40,520 nucleotides of DNA from Actinomycetota bacterium (lineage in GTDB: Bacteria > Actinomycetota > Actinomycetes > S36-B12 > UBA5976), in NCBI GenBank assembly GCA_041181965.1, contig JBEGON010000135.1:1-40520 (forward strand), in the 5' to 3' direction. The stretch's first letter is position 1, and each line of letters starts with the position of its first letter. The position numbers were made by a program, and so were the translations under genes. The notes under the pieces were generated by a model that saw only the letters and a list, made by a program, of their open reading frames with translations, ran no database searches and was not told the origin of the DNA. Positions 9,848 to 16,405 of the stretch are shown piece after piece.

Positions 9848-10473
9848 TTTTCCCTGCGGTGCTTGTAAACCTCTAGCGCAATAGGAATTGTGCTGAGGAA
9901 AACAAAGGCAAGCAGAATGATTTCGATGTTCGATTTGACGAAAGCAAATCCGCCGAGGAAATAGCCGAGAAATACAACGCCGATTACCCAAGGGACTGCA
10001 CCGATCGCGCTGTATGTGATGAAGCGACGGCGATCCATTTTTGCAATTCCAGCAGTTGCGGTAATCAAGGTGCGAACAATTGGCACGAAGCGAGCAAGGA
10101 TGATTGCGCGAGCACCGTATTTTTCAAAGAAAGCGTGAGTGCGTTCAACGTATTCAATGCGCAACAGTTTTGAGTTTGGTCGATTGAAAAGTTTGGGTCC
10201 GACAAGATATCCAAATTGATATCCAACAATGTTGCCAATCACCGCAGCGAGATACAAAATGATCACAGCAACAAAAATGTTGTCTTGCATCAGATCCGTC
10301 GCAATCAACATGCCCACGAAGAAAAGCAGTGAATCGCCTGGGAAAAAGATGCCGATGAAGACGCCACACTCCATGAAAATGATTGCAGCGAATCCAACTA
10401 ACGCCCATGGTCCCAAAATTTCGAAGAGACCTTCGGCGGTCAGCCATGTTGGAAGTAGTGCCAACAAACTCAT
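9844..10473 (-). CDS. DedA-family membrane protein
   Basis: FFPGDSLLF motif, ARFVPIVRT motif, and multiple TM helices. Confidence 0.85.
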   Translation of the reverse strand: MSLLALLPTWLTAEGLFEILGPWALVGFAAIIFMECGVFIGIFFPGDSLLFFVGMLIATDLMQDNIFVAVIILYLAAVIGNIVGYQFGYLVGPKLFNRPNSKLLRIEYVERTHAFFEKYGARAIILARFVPIVRTLITATAGIAKMDRRRFITYSAIGAVPWVIGVVFLGYFLGGFAFVKSNIEIILLAFVFLSTIPIALEVYKHRREN

Positions 10474-10476
10474 CGA

Positions 10477-11106
10477 TTACTCATTTCTATTCGTCCACCA
10501 GTTTCGAAATGCAACAGCTAAGGATGCCAAGATGAAGAGCGATGCAATGACATACGCCGCACTCTTTACTTGCGGAATTGTCGCGGCAAAGAAGCCTGTG
10601 AGTGTCATGCCCGATCCCCAGACAAGCGCACCAACGAAATTTGCGCTGAGGAACTTGTAGTAATTCATCTTGCCAACACCTGCTACCACCGGGATCACAG
10701 CGCGCATCACAGGAATGAAACGAGAAATAACCACGGAAAACCAACCCCACTGGTCATAGAACGCCTCAGTGCGAGCGATGGCCCGCTGCATGCCTTTGCC
10801 TTTGGCTTTCTCTAATTGTGGTCGACCAAATTTGCGTCCAATCACAAATCCAATTTGGTCACCAAGGAATGCGGCAATTCCCGTTCCAACTGCGAGGAGC
10901 ACGATGTTGATATTCCCCGATTTACTCGCGATGAGACCAGCGGCAAAAAGCAGGGAATCACCAGTCAAAATTGGCAGGACTAAACCCACCAGGAATCCAG
11001 TGCCCGCAAAAACCAGTCCCCAAATCACCATATAAAAGATGAAGGGACCGAAGCTTTTGAGAACGTCGGAGAACTGTGAATCTAAAGCAGCGGCAATGAG
11101 CGGCAT
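10477..11106 (-). CDS. DedA-family membrane protein (tandem paralog)
   Basis: LTGDSLLFAAG and SRFIPVMRA motifs. I prefer ATG 11106 over the ORF-track GTG 11112 because a TAGCCT -10 lies 6 nt upstream of the ATG. Confidence 0.85.
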   Translation of the reverse strand: MPLIAAALDSQFSDVLKSFGPFIFYMVIWGLVFAGTGFLVGLVLPILTGDSLLFAAGLIASKSGNINIVLLAVGTGIAAFLGDQIGFVIGRKFGRPQLEKAKGKGMQRAIARTEAFYDQWGWFSVVISRFIPVMRAVIPVVAGVGKMNYYKFLSANFVGALVWGSGMTLTGFFAATIPQVKSAAYVIASLFILASLAVAFRNWWTNRNE

Positions 11107-11112
11107 GAGCAC

Positions 11113-11118
11113 AGGCTA
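11113..11118 (-). promoter_or_regulatory. -10 element TAGCCT (minus strand), 6 nt before ATG 11106
   Basis: The plus-strand AGGCTA reads TAGCCT on the minus strand. It overlaps the plus-strand -10 of the divergent trmH-like gene by 2 bp. Confidence 0.4.
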
Positions 11119-11122
11119 ACCT
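11117..11122 (+). promoter_or_regulatory. -10 element TAACCT, 6 nt before ATG 11129
   Basis: TANNNT starts 12 nt upstream of the start. Only 22 nt separate the two divergent start codons, so neither gene can have a leader. Confidence 0.45.
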
Positions 11123-11128
11123 GCACAC

Positions 11129-11764
11129 ATGAATTCGGAAGAAAACCCTGTGGGCGTAGGTCCTTGGGAGGGACCAATTCCGAATGATCCTCGACTTGAT
11201 CCACAACTTTTGGCTGAAGGCGACCGCCGGAATGTCGTCGATAAATATCGATACTGGCGAATGGATGCCATCGTCGAGGATCTAGATCGACAACGTTTTC
11301 AATTTCATGTGGCAATCGAAAATCTCGAACATGACCTCAACATTGGTTCGATTGTGCGTTCCGCGAATGCGTTCATGGCATCGGAAGTGCACATTGTCGG
11401 AAAGCGCCGCTGGAATCGTCGAGGTGCGATGGTGACTGATCGTTATCAACATGTTCGCCATCATGCAGACGTAGTCACCTTTGCCGATTGGGCAAAACGA
11501 AATGGTTTGCCCATTATCGGCATCGACAACTTGCCAGGTTCTGTCGCGCTTGAAACTTTCGCACTTCCCGAAAAATGTATTTTGCTTTTTGGCCAGGAAG
11601 GTCAAGGCCTCACGGCAGAAGCAAGTGAAGTAGTAGATGCATGTTTGGCCATCGCGCAATTTGGTTCAACTCGTAGCATCAATGCTGGTGCTGCTGCGGC
11701 GATCGCAATGCACTCGTGGATTAGGCAGCATGTCTTTCAACAAAATCCAAAGGAATCCCAGTGA
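11129..11764 (+). CDS. TrmH/SpoU-family RNA 2'-O-methyltransferase
   Basis: SpoU motifs NIGSIVRSA, LLFGQEGQGL and SINAGAAAAIAM. Confidence 0.8.
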   Translation: MNSEENPVGVGPWEGPIPNDPRLDPQLLAEGDRRNVVDKYRYWRMDAIVEDLDRQRFQFHVAIENLEHDLNIGSIVRSANAFMASEVHIVGKRRWNRRGAMVTDRYQHVRHHADVVTFADWAKRNGLPIIGIDNLPGSVALETFALPEKCILLFGQEGQGLTAEASEVVDACLAIAQFGSTRSINAGAAAAIAMHSWIRQHVFQQNPKESQ

Positions 11765-12984
11765 AAAAAGACTTTGTTGATTTATGGCACACGCCAAACT
11801 ATCGACGCCTTTGGATTGCGCGATTCATTTCGAATTTCGGAAATGGCATGGCCCCAACAGCCCTTGCATTCGCCATTTTCGCAATGCCAGGCGGCGACGC
11901 AAATGCTTTGAGCACTGTCCTTACAGCGGGAATGATTCCACTTATTGTGATGCTTCCTTTCGGAGGAGTTCTTGCAGATCGCATGGGTCGTGCGCGAGTA
12001 ATTGCTTCTATGGATATCGTTTTGAGTGGCTTTGTATTTCTTCAAGCTTTTCTTTTTGCTTCGGGTAATGCAACAGTTCTGTTAGTTGCAAGTATTCAAG
12101 TGGTGTGCGGTGTTCTCAATGCGTTCTGGTGGCCTGCGTTCACCGGTCTTCCATCAGATTTAGTTGAAGAAGAAAAACTGCAAACTGCCAATTCCTATAT
12201 TTCACTCGCAAGCAACTCCGCTTACATTTTTGGTGCAGCACTTGGTGGTTGGTTAGTCGCTACTTTCAGCGGTGCGGTTGCTATTGCTACGGATGCCACG
12301 ACATTCTTGATTGCAGGTTTTCTCGTGTGGACTTTGCGTCACACTTCCAAGAAATCAGAATCACAAGACTCTGTCGTCGAAGAACTTATTCATGGCTGGA
12401 AAGTTTTTTGGTCATACAAATGGGTCGTCGTGGTGGTCGCGTGTTTCTCAATGATTGTGATGGCACTGCGCGCAAGTGAGGGCGTACTCGGTCCGTTGAT
12501 CGCGAAGGACTACTACGACGGTGCAAGTTCGTGGGCTTTGGTGATTGGCGCAGAGGGTGCGGGCTTTTTGCTTGGCGCACTCTTCGCTACAAAGTGGCGT
12601 CCCAAGCACCCGATTTTCATGGGCATGATCGTGACACTGCCAGCAGCAGGGTTCATGATGAGTTTGGCGTTCGCCTTGCCGCTGTATTTCGTCATGGCCG
12701 CGGCCACGATCTGGGGTATCGGTGTCGAACTCATGATGGTGTGGTGGGTTACAGCCCTCCAGACGCATGTGCCAAAAGACGCGATTGGGCGAGTTTCAGC
12801 GTATGACGCCTTCGGTTCCCTCAGTTTTGGCCCTCTCGGCACTGGTTTGGCGGGCCCCCTTGCGATCGCTTTCGGGCCAAAACCTGTCCTCTTGGGCTGT
12901 GCTGCAATCGTGGTCACGATGGTCGCAATCAGCACCCTGAGCCGAGATGTCCGCCGCCTCGAGGCAACCCCGACAGTTGCCTAA
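11761..12984 (+). CDS. MFS transporter (EntS/MFS_3-like)
   Basis: About 12 hydrophobic helices, with N-terminus YRRLWIARFISNFGNGM and a GGVLADRMGR loop. The GTG start overlaps the upstream stop. Confidence 0.8.
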   Translation: MKKDFVDLWHTPNYRRLWIARFISNFGNGMAPTALAFAIFAMPGGDANALSTVLTAGMIPLIVMLPFGGVLADRMGRARVIASMDIVLSGFVFLQAFLFASGNATVLLVASIQVVCGVLNAFWWPAFTGLPSDLVEEEKLQTANSYISLASNSAYIFGAALGGWLVATFSGAVAIATDATTFLIAGFLVWTLRHTSKKSESQDSVVEELIHGWKVFWSYKWVVVVVACFSMIVMALRASEGVLGPLIAKDYYDGASSWALVIGAEGAGFLLGALFATKWRPKHPIFMGMIVTLPAAGFMMSLAFALPLYFVMAAATIWGIGVELMMVWWVTALQTHVPKDAIGRVSAYDAFGSLSFGPLGTGLAGPLAIAFGPKPVLLGCAAIVVTMVAISTLSRDVRRLEATPTVA

Positions 12985-13088
12985 CTCCAGGATGTGAAGA
13001 CCGACTTTCAGGTACTGCTGTCGCTCTGAAAGAATGTGCAGGTCACAAAGTGGTGGCCGCAAAATCCCTTCAATTTCAGGAGCCGGCA

Positions 13089-14111
13089 ATGCCAATTGCA
13101 ACCCCCGAGATCTACCGCGAAATGCTCGACCGCGCCAAAGCAGGTCGCTTCGCTTACCCAGCAATCAACGTCACATCGTCAAATTCAATTGTTGCCGCGA
13201 TTCGTGGTTTCGCTGAAGCTGAATCTGACGGCATCATTCAGTTTTCTTGGGGTGGTGCGGAATTCGCATCAGGCCAAAAAGTTAAAGACATGGTTCTCGG
13301 TGCACGTGCACTCGCAGAGTTCGCATATGTAGTTGCAGAAAAGTACGACGTACAGATTGCATTGCATACTGATCACTGCCCACTAGAAAAGATGGACGGT
13401 TTCATGCGTCCACTCGTTGACATCTCTATCGATCGTGTAAAGAAGGGTCAGCTTCCACTGTTCCAGTCACACATGTGGGATGGCTCAGCAGTTTCAATGC
13501 CACAGAATCTCGACATTGCAAGCGAAATGCTCGACAAGTGCAATGCCGCAAACATCATTCTTGAAATTGAAATCGGTGTTGTCGGTGGCGAAGAAGATGG
13601 CATCGAAGCAAAGCACGACGCAAAGTTGTACTCAACTCCAGAAGATGCACTTGCAACTGCAGAAAAGCTTGGACTTGGTGAGCGCGGTCGTTACATGGTC
13701 GCAGCGACTTTCGGTAACGTCCACGGTGTTTACAAGCCAGGTAACGTTGTTTTGCAGCCAGCGATTCTCGACACTCTGCAGAAGACTGTTGGTGAGAAGT
13801 ACGGCAAGGAAAAGCCATTCGACTTGGTATTCCATGGTGGATCAGGTTCATTGCTTTCAGAAATCCGCGAAGCGCTTGATTACGGAACTGTGAAGATGAA
13901 CATCGACACTGACACCCAGTACGCATTCACTCGCCCAATCGTTGAACATATGTTCAAGAATTACGATGGCGTTTTGAAGATCGATGGCGAAGTAGGCAAC
14001 AAAAAGGCTTACGACCCACGTGCATACGGCAAGTTGGCAGAAGCTGGCATGGCCGCTCGCGTTACTCACGCTTGTGAAGATCTTCGCTCTACCGGCACTC
14101 GCATCAAGTAA
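13089..14111 (+). CDS. fbaA: class II fructose-bisphosphate aldolase
   Basis: MPIATPEIYREMLDRAKAGRFAYPAINV is the typical actinobacterial FbaA N-terminus, with HTDHC and FHGGSGS motifs. CAGGAG SD precedes ATG 13089. Confidence 0.92.
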   Translation: MPIATPEIYREMLDRAKAGRFAYPAINVTSSNSIVAAIRGFAEAESDGIIQFSWGGAEFASGQKVKDMVLGARALAEFAYVVAEKYDVQIALHTDHCPLEKMDGFMRPLVDISIDRVKKGQLPLFQSHMWDGSAVSMPQNLDIASEMLDKCNAANIILEIEIGVVGGEEDGIEAKHDAKLYSTPEDALATAEKLGLGERGRYMVAATFGNVHGVYKPGNVVLQPAILDTLQKTVGEKYGKEKPFDLVFHGGSGSLLSEIREALDYGTVKMNIDTDTQYAFTRPIVEHMFKNYDGVLKIDGEVGNKKAYDPRAYGKLAEAGMAARVTHACEDLRSTGTRIK

Positions 14112-14122
14112 GTTCACTCACC

Positions 14123-16252
14123 ATGAATGCGCTGCCATCAGCTGCGGTACTCCGCGCTGGTGGTAGCGCATTTGTTTTAGATTTGCGCGGACCACGCCCA
14201 CCTCGGATTCTTCATTGGGGAAATGATCTAGGTCCGTTATCGCACGATCGCGTTGAAGCCCTTGCGCTTGCAAAAGCAATTGGTCGCGGACATTCTGCTT
14301 TTGACGAACCAGTTCCAGCGACAATTTCGCGTGACTCTGGCGAAGGGTATTTTGGTACCCCAGCGGTTCGCGGACATCGTGCAGGAAAGCAATTTTCAAA
14401 TCGTTTCGTCACAAAAAGCGTTGAAGTGGATGTCAATGAAGTGACGATCGTCTGCGCTGACATTGACGCAGAACTTGAACTCACTGTTCATTATGAAATG
14501 ACTCCGCAAGGTGTTTTGAAGATTCGACAAGCATTGAAGAATCTTTCGTCAATCGAGTACACCCTTGATGATCTGAATGTTGCATTGCCAGTATCAACAG
14601 TTGCATCTCATCACACAGATTTCACGGGCAATTGGTCGCGTGAATTTTTCCCACAGCAACGCGAAATTACTGTCGGCAAATGGTCACGCCAATCTCGCGA
14701 AGGTCGAACTGGCCATGACTACACACTGTCGTTCAACGCTCATTCGCGCGATGTTTCTTTCCAACGCGGGGATGTGTGGACGATCTCACTGGCATGGTCT
14801 GGAAACACGGAGCATTACATCGAAAAACTTCCGGATGGCACGCAGTGGATGGGCGCATCGGAACTCTTGCTTCCTGGCGAAGTAGTTCTCGGCGCGAATG
14901 AGATTTACCAATCACCAACTGTGCATGCGGCATATTCACATCACGGTTTTGATGGAATCGCAGCCCTCTTTCACGATTCGATGCGCGCACGACCACATCA
15001 CCCTTCGCGTCCACGCCCACTCACGATTAATGTTTGGGAAGCTGTTTATTTCGATCACCGTTTCGAAAAACTGGCTGCGCTTGCTGATGTTGCTGCTGAA
15101 ATTGGCGTTGAAAGATTTGTCCTAGACGACGGATGGTTTGGAGCGCGTCGTGATGACCTCAAAGGTTTGGGCGACTGGGTGGTTTCGAAAGATGTGTGGC
15201 CTGTCGGTTTGCATCCACTCGCAAACAAGTTGAAGTCACTCAACATTGAATTTGGACTTTGGTTTGAACCAGAAATGATTCAAATTGATTCTGATGCGTT
15301 CCGCGCACATCCTGAATGGGTGCTACAAGTTGGCGAACGAATGCCAGGTGATTGGCGTAGCCAGCAAGTCATCGACCTTGTAAATCCAGAAGCGTTCAAT
15401 CATGTGTTACATCAGATGGACGCCATCCTCAATGAATACCCAACAATTTCCTACATTAAGTGGGACCACAATCGCGTTGTTGTCGATGCAGCACATGATC
15501 ACACCGCCGCGATTCGCAAACAAACACTGGCGTTGTACCGATTGCTCGACGAATTGAAGCATCGTCATCCAGGACTTGAAATTGAATCGTGCGCTTCAGG
15601 GGGCGGTCGCATTGATTTGGGAATACTCGAACACACGGATCGTGTGTGGGTGAGCGATACCAACGATGCACTTGAACGTCAACGAATGCAACGTTGGACT
15701 TCGCAAGTTTTGCCACCGGAACTTATGGGTGCACATATTGGCCCGCATCGTGCTCACACTTCTGGTCGCACGCATGACTTGTCTTTCCGCGCAATCACAG
15801 CACTCTTCGGTCACGCTGGTCTCGAATGGGATATCACTACAACTACACCAGAAGAACGTGAAGTTTTGAAGCAGTGGGCTGCGTATTACAAAGCACATCG
15901 AGATCTGTTGCACCGTGGTCGCATGGTCCGTGTTGATTACAACGAACCCTTTGCTTCTCTTCATGGTGTGGTCTCGCATGATCAATCGAAGGCGATTTTT
16001 GCTTTCGTTCAAGAAGGGGTGACGCCAACCTCACGTCCGCAACCACTTCGATTCCCTGGATTGAGCATCGAAAAGGTGTATGAAATTCATGAAGTGCGTC
16101 CAGCAGGCTCTTCACGCGTGTGGCAGATTGAAACCACGCCATGGATGGTTGATGGCGTGACACTCACAGGACGTCAACTGATTGATAGCGGAATCACCGC
16201 ACCGATTCTCGCGAGCGAACAAGCGGTCTTGATCGAAATTCACGCGGTTTAG
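14123..16252 (+). CDS. alpha-galactosidase, GH36 family
   Basis: 709 aa. The central catalytic region (FVLDDGWF, KWDHN, ESCASGGGR) matches GH36 (melibiase) hallmarks. Confidence 0.85.
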   Translation: MNALPSAAVLRAGGSAFVLDLRGPRPPRILHWGNDLGPLSHDRVEALALAKAIGRGHSAFDEPVPATISRDSGEGYFGTPAVRGHRAGKQFSNRFVTKSVEVDVNEVTIVCADIDAELELTVHYEMTPQGVLKIRQALKNLSSIEYTLDDLNVALPVSTVASHHTDFTGNWSREFFPQQREITVGKWSRQSREGRTGHDYTLSFNAHSRDVSFQRGDVWTISLAWSGNTEHYIEKLPDGTQWMGASELLLPGEVVLGANEIYQSPTVHAAYSHHGFDGIAALFHDSMRARPHHPSRPRPLTINVWEAVYFDHRFEKLAALADVAAEIGVERFVLDDGWFGARRDDLKGLGDWVVSKDVWPVGLHPLANKLKSLNIEFGLWFEPEMIQIDSDAFRAHPEWVLQVGERMPGDWRSQQVIDLVNPEAFNHVLHQMDAILNEYPTISYIKWDHNRVVVDAAHDHTAAIRKQTLALYRLLDELKHRHPGLEIESCASGGGRIDLGILEHTDRVWVSDTNDALERQRMQRWTSQVLPPELMGAHIGPHRAHTSGRTHDLSFRAITALFGHAGLEWDITTTTPEEREVLKQWAAYYKAHRDLLHRGRMVRVDYNEPFASLHGVVSHDQSKAIFAFVQEGVTPTSRPQPLRFPGLSIEKVYEIHEVRPAGSSRVWQIETTPWMVDGVTLTGRQLIDSGITAPILASEQAVLIEIHAV

Positions 16253-16260
16253 TCAGGCAC

Positions 16261-16285
16261 TGTTCACATTCTCTTAATGTGAACA
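16261..16285. promoter_or_regulatory. perfect 10-bp inverted repeat TGTTCACATT-N5-AATGTGAACA (operator and/or weak terminator)
   Basis: Seen directly. It starts 9 nt after the alpha-galactosidase stop and lies about 120 nt before the PhoX-like gene. Each arm contains GTTCAC, the core also found upstream of pstC and pstS. No U tract follows. Confidence 0.4.
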
Positions 16286-16405
16286 CATCACAAACTTCCG
16301 TCATTCGGCACTTTGTTCTTCCGTGAAGTTTGCTTTGAGTTAACCCTCACAGAGGACTCTTCCGCCATCCCAACAATGGGAATGACCCGAGAGGACCTCT
16401 CTGTT

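Noticed and set aside
13005-13031. Hairpin CTTTCAG-N13-CTGAAAG after the MFS gene as a terminator (and the similar 26921-26954 hairpin after the aminotransferase)
   Set aside because: The stems are short (7-8 bp), the loops are large, and no U tract follows. I could not support calling them terminators, and the second overlaps the purD promoter block instead.
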